DNA of 36,398 nt, taken from an uncultured Dehalococcoidaceae bacterium. Lineage in GTDB: Bacteria > Chloroflexota > Dehalococcoidia > Dehalococcoidales > RBG-16-60-22. A program made the translations under genes and the position numbers. The notes beneath the pieces are model-generated. The model ran no database searches, was not told the DNA's origin, and worked only from the letters and a program-made list of their open reading frames with translations. Below, in pieces: positions 16,059 through 24,558 of this stretch (its first letter is position 1; each line of letters opens with the position of its first letter). Location of the stretch: the NCBI GenBank assembly GCA_964460815.1, contig CAYWRT010000005.1, positions 1 to 36,398 of the forward strand, read 5' to 3'.

Positions 16059-17321
16059 GTGGTAAATAAGAAAGCTCGCCCGCCCCGCAAGACTGAATCA
16101 CGGTTTTTCTTCGGCTATGTCGTGGTTATAGCCAGCTTCTTTATTATGGTGATATCGTGGGGCCTGTATAGCACCTTCGGTGTTTTCCTCAAGCCGCTGC
16201 TCGACGAGTTTGGCTGGACTACCGCCATGACCTCAGGCGCCTTCTCGCTGTCCGTGATTGTAAATGGCGTGCTGGGTATTGTCATGGGGGGACTTACTGA
16301 CAGGTTCGGGCCCAGGGTAGTAGTGTCACTCTGTGGCTTGTGTATCGGTGTGGGGTTTATGCTGATGTCACAGGTCAATGCTCCCTGGCAGCTATATCTG
16401 TTCTACGGCGTGATAATAGGTATTGGTATGGGTGGTGTTTGGGTGCCGCTACTGTCATCTGTCGCCAGGTGGTTTGTCGGGAGAAGGAGCCTGATGACGG
16501 GCATTGTTATATCTGGCTTGTCCGCAGGCCAGTTGGTGGGGCCACCAGTGGCCAGTCGTCTTATTGCTGCTTATGATTGGCGTCTATCCTTTACCATACT
16601 GGGCGGCGTGGTTTTAGTATTTATGGTTCTGGCTGCCCAGTTCCTGAGGCGTGACCCGGCCCGGATGGGGCAACTGCCCTACGGTGAAAATGAAGAGGAG
16701 CCACGGGGGTTGGAATCCGGGACTAACGACTTTTCCTTCAGGGAGGCAGTTAATACGGCACAATTCTGGGTATTTTTAATCATGCTCTTCTGCTTCGGGT
16801 TTGCTGCGTTCTCTATCACGGTACATATTGTGCCGCATGCCATCGAGCTGGAAATTCCAGCCATCAGTGCCGCCAACATTTTAGCCATTCTTGGCGGGGT
16901 AGGTATTCTGGGCAATTCCCTGCTGGGTGGCATCACTGGTGACCGAATCGGTAACAGGAAGGCTTTTATTATCGGCTGTGTTCTGATGGTGGTATCTTTG
17001 TTCTGGCTGTTGCCGGCTAAAGAGGTGTGGATGTTTTACCTCTTTGCTGTTGCCTTTGGCTTTGCTCTTGGGGGTATGGGCACCTCAGAATCGCCTCTGG
17101 TAGCCAGGCTCTTCGGGCTGAGCTCCCATGGTTTGATTCTGGCGTTTATTGGTCTTGGCTTTACCAGTGGTGCTGCTATCGGTCCGGTGGTGACCGGCTA
17201 TATCTTTGACTTAAATGGCAGTTATCAGGTGGCTTTTCTGGTCTGTGCTGTCTTAAGCGTTGCCGGTCTCATACTGGCGGCCATGCTGAGACCAACCAGA
17301 AGGCTGGGTGGCAGAATTTAG
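16059..17321 (+). CDS. MFS transporter, OFA-like, paralog 2
   Basis: 420 aa with a GTG start in the conserved context ATCGTGGTAAATAAGAAAGC. It is highly similar to paralogs 1 and 3. Confidence 0.9.
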   Translation: MVNKKARPPRKTESRFFFGYVVVIASFFIMVISWGLYSTFGVFLKPLLDEFGWTTAMTSGAFSLSVIVNGVLGIVMGGLTDRFGPRVVVSLCGLCIGVGFMLMSQVNAPWQLYLFYGVIIGIGMGGVWVPLLSSVARWFVGRRSLMTGIVISGLSAGQLVGPPVASRLIAAYDWRLSFTILGGVVLVFMVLAAQFLRRDPARMGQLPYGENEEEPRGLESGTNDFSFREAVNTAQFWVFLIMLFCFGFAAFSITVHIVPHAIELEIPAISAANILAILGGVGILGNSLLGGITGDRIGNRKAFIIGCVLMVVSLFWLLPAKEVWMFYLFAVAFGFALGGMGTSESPLVARLFGLSSHGLILAFIGLGFTSGAAIGPVVTGYIFDLNGSYQVAFLVCAVLSVAGLILAAMLRPTRRLGGRI

Positions 17322-17361
17322 CTTTCTCAATTAGGAGGCACCATCCCTTCGTTTTCTTTTA

Positions 17362-17370
17362 TGCTATAAT
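17362..17370 (+). promoter_or_regulatory. Extended -10 promoter (TGCTATAAT) for MFS copy 3
   Basis: Same TTTTCTTTTATGCTATAATGG block as upstream of copy 1. ATG 17374 lies only 4 nt after the -10 box, so it is unlikely to be the translated start. Confidence 0.45.
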
Positions 17371-17412
17371 GGCATGGCACTGATAGCAGACGCTACTGAG
17401 AACTGGTTTATC

Positions 17413-18675
17413 GTGGTAAATAAGAAAGCTCACCCGCCCCGCAAGACTGAATCACGGTTTTTCTATGGCTACATCGTGGTCATAGTTGCCTTTTTCGTCA
17501 TGGCCGTCTCGTTTGCTGTGTTTAATACCTTTGGTGTCTTCTTCAAGCCTCTGCTGGACGAGTTTGGCTGGACCAGTGCCGTGACCTCGGGTGCCTTCTC
17601 ACTGTCCATGATTATATACGGCGTGCTGGGTATTGTCATGGGGGGACTTAATGACCGGTTTGGTCCCAGGGTGGTATTGACGCTCTGTAGCTTGATTATA
17701 GGTCTGGGATATTTGTTGATGTCACGTGTCAGCGCTCTCTGGCAATTTTACCTGTTCTACGGAGTGATGATAGGTGTTGGCATGAGTGGCGTTTGGGTAC
17801 CACTGTTGTCATCGGTCGCCAGGTGGTTTGTCCGGCGAAGGAATCTGATGACGGGCATTGTTATCGCTGGTACGGGCCTAGGTTCATTTATTGGGCCACC
17901 GGTGATTAACTGGCTCATTGCTACTTATGAATGGCGTCCAGCCTTCATCATACTGGGCGGCACCGTTTTAGTATTTTTGGTTCTGGCGGCTCAGTTCCTG
18001 AGGCGTGACCCTACCCAGAAGGGGCAGTTGCCCTATGGCGAGGCTGAAGGGAAACAAGAGGGAGCAGCAGCTGAGGCCAGCGACTTTTCACTGAGGGAGG
18101 CAGTTCCTACCCCGCAATTCTGGCTGACTTTCATAATGTTCTTCTGCTACGGCTTCGGTCTGTTCTCTATGATAGTGCATATTGTACGTCATGCCATTGA
18201 GCTGGAAATATCAGCGGCAACTGCCGCCAACATTTTGGCTGTTAGTGGCGGAGCCGGTGTTATTGGCAATTATGTGCTGGGTGGCATCATTGGTGAACGA
18301 ATCGGCAACAGGCAGGTTTTTATTATTGGCGGTATTCTGATGTCGGCAACCCTGTTCTGGCTGGTGTGGGCCGGAGAGGCATGGATGCTTTACCTCTTTA
18401 CTATTGTCTTTGGCTTCGCTCTCGGGGGTTTGGGTGCCGGTGAGTCGCCTCTGGTAGCCAGGCTTTTTGGGCTGAGCTCCCATGGTTTGATTTACGGCGT
18501 GGTTCACCTTGGTTTTACCATTGGCGCTGCTGTCGGTCCGGTGGTGACCGGTTACATCTTTGACTTAAACGGTGAATATCAGATGGCTTTCCTCCTTTGT
18601 GCCGCTTTAAGCGTTGCCGGTGTCATACTGGCGGCCATGCTGACACCAACCAGAAGGCGGGGTGGCAGTATCTAG
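17413..18675 (+). CDS. MFS transporter, OFA-like, paralog 3
   Basis: 420 aa from GTG 17413, in the same ATCGTGGTAAATAAGAAAGC context as paralog 2. The ORF is open from ATG 17374. Confidence 0.9.
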   Translation: MVNKKAHPPRKTESRFFYGYIVVIVAFFVMAVSFAVFNTFGVFFKPLLDEFGWTSAVTSGAFSLSMIIYGVLGIVMGGLNDRFGPRVVLTLCSLIIGLGYLLMSRVSALWQFYLFYGVMIGVGMSGVWVPLLSSVARWFVRRRNLMTGIVIAGTGLGSFIGPPVINWLIATYEWRPAFIILGGTVLVFLVLAAQFLRRDPTQKGQLPYGEAEGKQEGAAAEASDFSLREAVPTPQFWLTFIMFFCYGFGLFSMIVHIVRHAIELEISAATAANILAVSGGAGVIGNYVLGGIIGERIGNRQVFIIGGILMSATLFWLVWAGEAWMLYLFTIVFGFALGGLGAGESPLVARLFGLSSHGLIYGVVHLGFTIGAAVGPVVTGYIFDLNGEYQMAFLLCAALSVAGVILAAMLTPTRRRGGSI

Positions 18676-18719
18676 CCTGATTGCATTCCCCCCACTCAGG
18701 AATTTATTTTTTAACGGTA

Positions 18720-18748
18720 TTGACAAGGGCGCTAATTCGTTATATAAA
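18720..18748 (+). promoter_or_regulatory. Near-consensus sigma70 promoter
   Basis: TTGACA (18720-18725), 17 nt, TATAAA (18743-18748), about 37 nt upstream of ATG 18785. Confidence 0.55.
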
Positions 18749-18784
18749 TATGATACTGGATAATAGACAAAGGGGAGTTGAAAT

Positions 18785-19123
18785 ATGGCTAAAACAGAGA
18801 CGATAGAACCGGGATTCTGTGTGGCAGTAAGTCTGGTGCCGCAAACCGCGCCGGATAATTGCTACATTGGGCTGGTGGAGGCTGTGGACGGGCATGGTAT
18901 TAGAATAGACCTGGTCCACTGGGATGATAAACTGGATATGCTTGGGGGGTACACGGAAAGCCTTTTCGTTCCTTGGACAAACATAAATTCAATATTGGTC
19001 AGCACCGAGAAGCAACCAACGAGACGGTTTATGACGGATAAAGCCCCGAAGTGGCAGGCCCAAGTCGAATCCATGTGTGGAAAAACTGAACCACAGAAGA
19101 AAAAGCAATCAGTGAAACAGTAG
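18785..19123 (+). CDS. Hypothetical protein (112 aa), monocistronic
   Basis: It has its own promoter and the RBS AGGGGAG 7 nt before the ATG. The C-terminal tail is Lys-rich (KTEPQKKKQSVKQ). No family was recognised. Confidence 0.6.
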   Translation: MAKTETIEPGFCVAVSLVPQTAPDNCYIGLVEAVDGHGIRIDLVHWDDKLDMLGGYTESLFVPWTNINSILVSTEKQPTRRFMTDKAPKWQAQVESMCGKTEPQKKKQSVKQ

Positions 19124-19319
19124 CTGGCAAGTCTGCAATAATTATAAGATTCAAATCCATGTTCTAATTCCTCGTCAGGGAGGAGCCGTGCCAGGGCGTT
19201 GGCGGCGCCTGAGATTGTCTTTACTGGCTCTCGCGCTTATGGGGTTATGCCCGTGTTTGCTTCTATTCCCCGCTGAAAATTTATAGAGGCTTAAATAATT
19301 ATGCAAACTGACATTCTTA

Positions 19320-19347
19320 TTGGCATATTAATTAAAATATCTATAAT
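19320..19347 (+). promoter_or_regulatory. Sigma70-like promoter for the DUF1616 / membrane-protein operon
   Basis: TTGGCA (19320-19325), 16 nt, TATAAT (19342-19347), in an AT-rich stretch. Confidence 0.5.
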
Positions 19348-19459
19348 ACCTGTTATTCTAATCTAAAAAGTGGTATTATTTATGGGGGGGAGGTCAGCCA
19401 GCAGTCGCCTGTTACCTTGTCTACAGTTGCGTTTAAACTGAGCAAGGAGGTTAACTGCG

Positions 19460-20302
19460 ATTAGGATAAGGCTTCGAAATGAACTCCTGTTCCTGGATGT
19501 CCTCACAATTCTACTCATTATTATCATCGCCTTTTTCCCTTCCAGCATTTTGCGTATAATCCTGGGCTTGCCCTTTTTGCTCTTCTTCTCCGGGTATGCA
19601 TTAGTAGCCGCGCTCTTTCCTAAAAGAGATGACCTGGGTAACATGCAACGAGCGGCTTTGAGTTTTGGGCTTTCCATTGCCGTAGTTGCCCTTATCGGCA
19701 TCATTCTTAACTACACTCCCTGGGGCATCAGACTGTATCCTGTCCTTATTTTCCTCACTGCTTTCACCCTGGTCACTTCAGTGGTGGCCTGGTATCAGCG
19801 GCACCGATTGCCTGAGTCTGAGTGGCCTGATATTTCCTTTAGTCTGGGTCTGGCTTTCTGGAAGAGGCAGAGCTATGTAAATAAGACTCTGTTTATCATT
19901 CTCATAGTGGCCATACTTGGGGTTGCCGGAACTCTGAGCTATGTCATTGCCACACCCAGGGTTGGTGAGAGATTTACCGAATTTTATATTTTAGGGTTGG
20001 AGGGTAAGGGTGAGAATTATCCCAGGGAAGTGGTGGTGGGGGAACAGGCCAAGGTGATTGTGGGCATTATCAATCGTGAGCAGGAGACAATGCGCTACCA
20101 GGTGGAAATTACAATAGAGGGAATCATAGATAGTGAAATAGGGCCGGTGGTGCTTGCTCATGAAGACCAATGGGAACAGGAGGTGAGTTTCACAATGGCC
20201 AGGGTAGGGGATAAGCAGGAGGTAGATTTTTTCTTATATAAGGAAGATAAACTTGACAGTCAGCTCCACCTGTGGATTGATGTGGTAAGGCAAACAGGCT
20301 GA
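19460..20302 (+). CDS. DUF1616-family membrane protein
   Basis: LRIILGLPFLLFFSGYALVAALFPKRDDL...LSFGLSIAVVALIGIILNYTPWGIRL plus a C-terminal ...FTEFYILGLEGKGENYP...VIVGIINREQETMRYQVEI beta-rich domain matches the DUF1616 architecture. The first canonical start (TTG 19550) would delete the first TM helix (LLFLDVLTILLIIIIAFF). The start is placed at ATT 19460, 9 nt after AAGGAGG, and is uncertain. Confidence 0.7.
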   Translation: MRIRLRNELLFLDVLTILLIIIIAFFPSSILRIILGLPFLLFFSGYALVAALFPKRDDLGNMQRAALSFGLSIAVVALIGIILNYTPWGIRLYPVLIFLTAFTLVTSVVAWYQRHRLPESEWPDISFSLGLAFWKRQSYVNKTLFIILIVAILGVAGTLSYVIATPRVGERFTEFYILGLEGKGENYPREVVVGEQAKVIVGIINREQETMRYQVEITIEGIIDSEIGPVVLAHEDQWEQEVSFTMARVGDKQEVDFFLYKEDKLDSQLHLWIDVVRQTG

Positions 20303-20427
20303 CTGCCCATCTGCTTCTTCCTCATGTTGTGAGCCAGTATGCTGCAGGTTAAGATAATCAGTGAAGTGACCGGGGTAAAACCCGTCGTAATAATCCTGAT
20401 TGGCTGTTTAAAAGAGCGAATTAGCCC

Positions 20428-21918
20428 ATGAATAGACATCGTATATGGCAGCTAGCCAAATCGGACTACTTGAAGCTGTTGCCCATCTTGGGGCTGGCGT
20501 TCTACCTTGCTTTTATTCCGAAGCTCAGTTACCCCTATCCGGTGCATATTGATGAGTGGATGCATCTGGCTTATTCCAAGGCTATGCTTTCGGCGGGTAG
20601 CATCACCTTTGTAGACCTATTATCCGAGCAATCAACTCTGAGCCTTAGCTCTAATCTGGAGACCGGGTTCCACCTTTTACTGGTCATCTTCCAGAGAATC
20701 AGTGGCATCTCCTGGTTAGATATTTTCAGGTATTTACCCGGCGTCATCTTTATGATAGTAGTCCTTCTGGTCTTCGTCCTGGCTCGCCGAAAAGGGTTTG
20801 GATGGGAAGCTGCCCTCATTACCTGCCTGATACCCACCACGGTGGGAGTTCTGGGACCTGCCTTCCTCGTGCCGGTAGCTATGGGGCTGCTCTTTACACC
20901 TCTCATTCTCTTCCTGGCCTTTAATTTGAAAACCGTCTGGTCTTATCTCTTCATCTTTATCTTAATCTGTTTCCTGCTTACCATGCATCCTCCCTCAGCA
21001 ATTTGTCCCATTATCATACTAGTCCCCTATATACTGTTTAATCTCAAGGATAACTTCAAACACAGTTTGGGGATAGCCTTAGCCCTGGCACTCCCCTTTC
21101 TGGCAATCTTCCCCTGGATATTTGACATGTTACTGCCCACAGCCAAGAACGTGCTCATTATGCGTATGCCATCGGAGTATGTCCAGTTACCGCGAGTTCT
21201 GGAGACCCTTGGTTATTTGCCTATCGGCTTGAGCCTCTTGGGCATTTTCGTACTGGCGATGAGGGGTGGTAAAGAAAATTACGGCTTGATATTGGGTTTA
21301 CTGGCTGTCTCGCTGATGCTGGTTACGTTTTATACCTTTCACTACGGGTTGCAGATAATGTATACCCGCGGCCTGATGTTTATGATGCTGATGATAAGCA
21401 TTGTTGCCGGAGCGGGATTGATGGGGGTGAAGAACCTGAAATTGCCGGAGAGTCTGGGTACTTGGCTGAGAGTACCATTCATTACCCGAAATGTGGGCAG
21501 GTTCTTATGCCTGGCCATTATTGCGGGCATGTTGTATACAGGTATTCCTGAACGTCTGGATACTCCCTATTACCACATGATAGATAAGGTAGATTACGAG
21601 GCCTTTGTATGGATAAGAGACAATGTTGATGCCAGCTATACCAAGGCGGTAGTTGACCCGTGGAAGGCTACCGCCTTCATTGCCATCACCGAGAGGAACG
21701 CATATACCAGGATACACGTGCGTCCCTACGACACAGATAAGGAAGCCTATGCCTTTATCCGGGGTGGTAGCACTGACACCGCTTTCCTGAGGAAAAACGG
21801 TATTTCTATCATTTATACTCGCGTTTTTGACGGGGCCAGGAATATCGATTATGAAAGTGATAATCCTGATATAACAAAGCTGGCGCATAATATCTACCTT
21901 TTAAAGGAGAGCCAGTAG
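20428..21918 (+). CDS. Polytopic membrane protein, putative GT-C-type glycosyl/oligosaccharyl-transferase or glycan polymerase
   Basis: 496 aa with ~12 predicted TM helices followed by a ~120-aa soluble C-terminal domain. An acidic motif (HIDEW) sits in the first loop after TM1, as in GT-C enzymes. There is no WWDYG motif. It sits next to DUF1616 and a glycan cluster. Confidence 0.6.
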   Translation: MNRHRIWQLAKSDYLKLLPILGLAFYLAFIPKLSYPYPVHIDEWMHLAYSKAMLSAGSITFVDLLSEQSTLSLSSNLETGFHLLLVIFQRISGISWLDIFRYLPGVIFMIVVLLVFVLARRKGFGWEAALITCLIPTTVGVLGPAFLVPVAMGLLFTPLILFLAFNLKTVWSYLFIFILICFLLTMHPPSAICPIIILVPYILFNLKDNFKHSLGIALALALPFLAIFPWIFDMLLPTAKNVLIMRMPSEYVQLPRVLETLGYLPIGLSLLGIFVLAMRGGKENYGLILGLLAVSLMLVTFYTFHYGLQIMYTRGLMFMMLMISIVAGAGLMGVKNLKLPESLGTWLRVPFITRNVGRFLCLAIIAGMLYTGIPERLDTPYYHMIDKVDYEAFVWIRDNVDASYTKAVVDPWKATAFIAITERNAYTRIHVRPYDTDKEAYAFIRGGSTDTAFLRKNGISIIYTRVFDGARNIDYESDNPDITKLAHNIYLLKESQ

Positions 21919-22141
21919 AAGCCGCAAACTAAAAGTCCCATCTTGAAGGAGGCTGCCCGAGTGGGGGAGTGGTGATGTTGCTGACCATTTAAATTATAAA
22001 CAGTACCAAACCGTGGGCGAATCCTTAGCTGCTGGTAGATACATGCCCTTGGGCGATTACATTAAAATGCTCTATACAAGGCTATAGAAGCCCGAAATAT
22101 ATCCCGGTATGCCTAAATTTGGCCAAAAGGCTTTTACCAGC

Positions 22142-22170
22142 TTGAAAATTGACCCTTTTTGTAGTATATT
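22142..22170 (+). promoter_or_regulatory. Sigma70-like promoter for the methyltransferase / wzx genes
   Basis: TTGAAA (22142-22147), 17 nt, TATATT (22165-22170). Confidence 0.4.
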
Positions 22171-22278
22171 ATATACAAATGGGGATATGAATATCTGGTA
22201 TGTGCGTGGAGGGGTAGAGACGCAGTAAGTGATGTATCCGGTTACCCTGCTACTAACGAAGATAGAAAGGATTTTTTG

Positions 22279-23013
22279 ATGAAGAGCGGGAGGCATGATT
22301 ATTCAGTTTCAGGCGGAAGATGGAAGTCTGCCCAGAAGAAACATGAGAACGATGCTCGCAGGACTAGCGCGCTTTATTTAAAACAGGAGGAGGAAGGGTT
22401 GCCCTATGTGCCTGAATTTGACTATCAATATTTCTCTATATCTCCCGAGTTCTTCAGTGATAAGAGCATTTTGGAGGTTGGGTGCCGGCCTATAGCGGCA
22501 ATTCATGGTCTTAGTAAAGCGCGCTCCAGGGTAGGGCTTGACCCCATCGCCGGCCAATTGGCGCATTTTTATCGGTATGATACCGGTATCGTTCAGGGGA
22601 GGGGGGAAAGCCTTCCTTTCAGGAGTGGAACTTTTAATGTAGTATTATGCTTAAATACCCTGGACCACACCGAAAGTCCTGCTATGGTATTAACAGAAAT
22701 TGGAAGGGTGTTAAGTGAAGGAGGCACCCTGGTCTTGGAGGTACATACCTTTTCCGCCTTAAAGCTCCTCAGGAGAGTGGCAAATCTGGTTGACCGCCCA
22801 CACCCTCATCATTTGCGTGACAAAGAGATGCTCTTCATGCTGGGGGAGTCAGGCTATCATATTGACTATCATTACTGCCGGAAGAGCCGCCTGAGTGATA
22901 TCCCGTCTATATTGAAACGGGGGCAGGTCGTCTCGGCATTAAAGTATCTGGTTGCCCATATTATTTTCGGGGTTTGTGATACCATAATACGTGCTTCCAA
23001 GGTGAATCCTTGA
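22279..23013 (+). CDS. Class I SAM-dependent methyltransferase (Methyltransf_11-like)
   Basis: ILEVGCRPIA (a degenerate motif I) and FNVVLCLNTLDHTESPAMVLTEIGRVLSEGGTLVLEV. ATG 22279 has GAAAGGA upstream. The ORF-track start at 22276 is TTG. Confidence 0.8.
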   Translation: MKSGRHDYSVSGGRWKSAQKKHENDARRTSALYLKQEEEGLPYVPEFDYQYFSISPEFFSDKSILEVGCRPIAAIHGLSKARSRVGLDPIAGQLAHFYRYDTGIVQGRGESLPFRSGTFNVVLCLNTLDHTESPAMVLTEIGRVLSEGGTLVLEVHTFSALKLLRRVANLVDRPHPHHLRDKEMLFMLGESGYHIDYHYCRKSRLSDIPSILKRGQVVSALKYLVAHIIFGVCDTIIRASKVNP

Positions 23014-23100
23014 GAACCGGGGAGATGTTTAGCTGTACGGTATAGGTCGGTATGATGCAACCTGCTTTGCCACATTATTACTTTTATCACACTAGAGACA

Positions 23101-24558
23101 ATGTTGGGAAGTGACTATCAGAAGTTTGCTAAGGACGTCATCACTATCGGCGTTTGTCAACTTCTGGTAGCTTTAAGTGGAATTCTCCTGCTACCTCTGA
23201 TTACGAAGACACTTGGGGCTCACGACTATGGAATCTGGTCACAGGTTCAGGTCACTATAGGCCTGGTTTTTGGTTTTGCGGGGCTTGGGTTGCCTTTTGC
23301 CATGACCAGGTTCCTGGCGGCTAAGACAAGCCGAGAAGAGATACAGGAGGAGTTCTATTCAGTATTTTCCCTGGTATTTCTCTCCACCCTCATTGTCTCA
23401 ATTATCCTGATGGCGCTGGCCGATTTCTTTGCCGGGGCTTTTTTTGAGGGTGCCACAGACATAGTTAGAATAACCGGGCTTATTATTCTGGTACATTCAT
23501 TAAACTGGGTATACCTTAACTTTTTCAGGACCTTTCGGCAGATGAAAAAATATTCCATTTTTATGATTGCCGATAACTATGGGCAGATTGGCCTGATTGC
23601 CTACCTGGCTTTATCGGGATACGGGCTCTTCAGTGTCGTTCTGGCTGTTCTGGCGATAAGGGTGGCCATCTTTTTTTTCCTGTTCTTTTTCATAAATTCG
23701 CAGATTCGTATTAGAAGCCCCCGCTTCTCAAGGATAAGGGAGTATCTGGCTTTTAGCTTGCCCACCATACCCGGGCTTATCTCAGCCTGGTTTGTCGGCT
23801 CCAGTGACAGGTATGTTATTGGCTATTTCCTCGGAGCGGCATCTATAGGGGTTTACTCGGCAGGCTATACTCTGGGGAGTGCCGCTTTTATTATGGTACG
23901 CATATTTAGTTTTGTCCTGCCTCCCACCTTATCCAGGCTTTATGACGAAGGCAGAATTGACGAAGTAAAAACCCATTTAAGCTATTCATTAAAATTTTTG
24001 CTGCTGATAATAATACCTTTTATCTTTGGTGCGGTTGTCCTTTCCAAGCAAGTATTGCTGCTCTTTTCTACTCCTCAGGTGGTTACACAAGGCTACTATG
24101 TTGTTCCACTGGTGGCACTGGCTATTTTACTGCTATGTTTTTGTGAGCCGTTTGGAGCGGTTCTCACATTGGTGAAGAAAACAAAGATATCCGGCATAGC
24201 CTATACACTGGCGGCTCTGGTCAACCTCGGACTCAATATATTACTTGTCCCTATCTGGGGTATCCTGGCGGCCGCCATCACTACCATAATTGCCTATTCT
24301 CTCTTGCTGGGTATAAACGTTTACTATTCCCGTAAGGAATTTAGTTTCGATATGAACTGGCGCTTCATCGCCAAGAGCCTGATTGCCTCCCTGGCCATGT
24401 CCCTGGTTATCTGGTGGCTCGGCCCGGAAGGCAGTGTGGCGACAGTGGTCACGGTGGTAATCGGTGTTGTTGTGTATGGAGTAATCCTGTTCCTGTTAAG
24501 GGGCTTCAGCCGGGGGGAATTTAGATTTTTCAGGGGTCTGTTTCAGAGCAGTTCCTAG
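23101..24558 (+). CDS. wzx: Polysaccharide/oligosaccharide flippase (Wzx, MOP superfamily)
   Basis: 485 aa with ~12-14 TM helices. The overall pattern, N-terminal region (...VITIGVCQLLVALSGILLLPLITKTLG..DYGIW) and cluster context are typical of Wzx-type polysaccharide-biosynthesis proteins. Confidence 0.85.
   Translation: MLGSDYQKFAKDVITIGVCQLLVALSGILLLPLITKTLGAHDYGIWSQVQVTIGLVFGFAGLGLPFAMTRFLAAKTSREEIQEEFYSVFSLVFLSTLIVSIILMALADFFAGAFFEGATDIVRITGLIILVHSLNWVYLNFFRTFRQMKKYSIFMIADNYGQIGLIAYLALSGYGLFSVVLAVLAIRVAIFFFLFFFINSQIRIRSPRFSRIREYLAFSLPTIPGLISAWFVGSSDRYVIGYFLGAASIGVYSAGYTLGSAAFIMVRIFSFVLPPTLSRLYDEGRIDEVKTHLSYSLKFLLLIIIPFIFGAVVLSKQVLLLFSTPQVVTQGYYVVPLVALAILLLCFCEPFGAVLTLVKKTKISGIAYTLAALVNLGLNILLVPIWGILAAAITTIIAYSLLLGINVYYSRKEFSFDMNWRFIAKSLIASLAMSLVIWWLGPEGSVATVVTVVIGVVVYGVILFLLRGFSRGEFRFFRGLFQSSS

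Noticed and set aside
183-18675. Is there a functional link between the family-III CoA-transferase (Frc-like fold) and the OFA-type MFS genes, as an oxalate/formyl-CoA system?
   Set aside because: The genes are 13 kb apart in unrelated operons. No oxalyl-CoA decarboxylase is present in the window. The CoA-transferase at 382 aa shows nothing specific to Frc. The link would rest on family names only.
19363-19704. 113-aa minus-strand ORF.
   Set aside because: It runs antisense across the DUF1616 promoter, RBS and first TM helices. Its translation is low-complexity and basic. The DUF1616 frame on the plus strand has clear family features.
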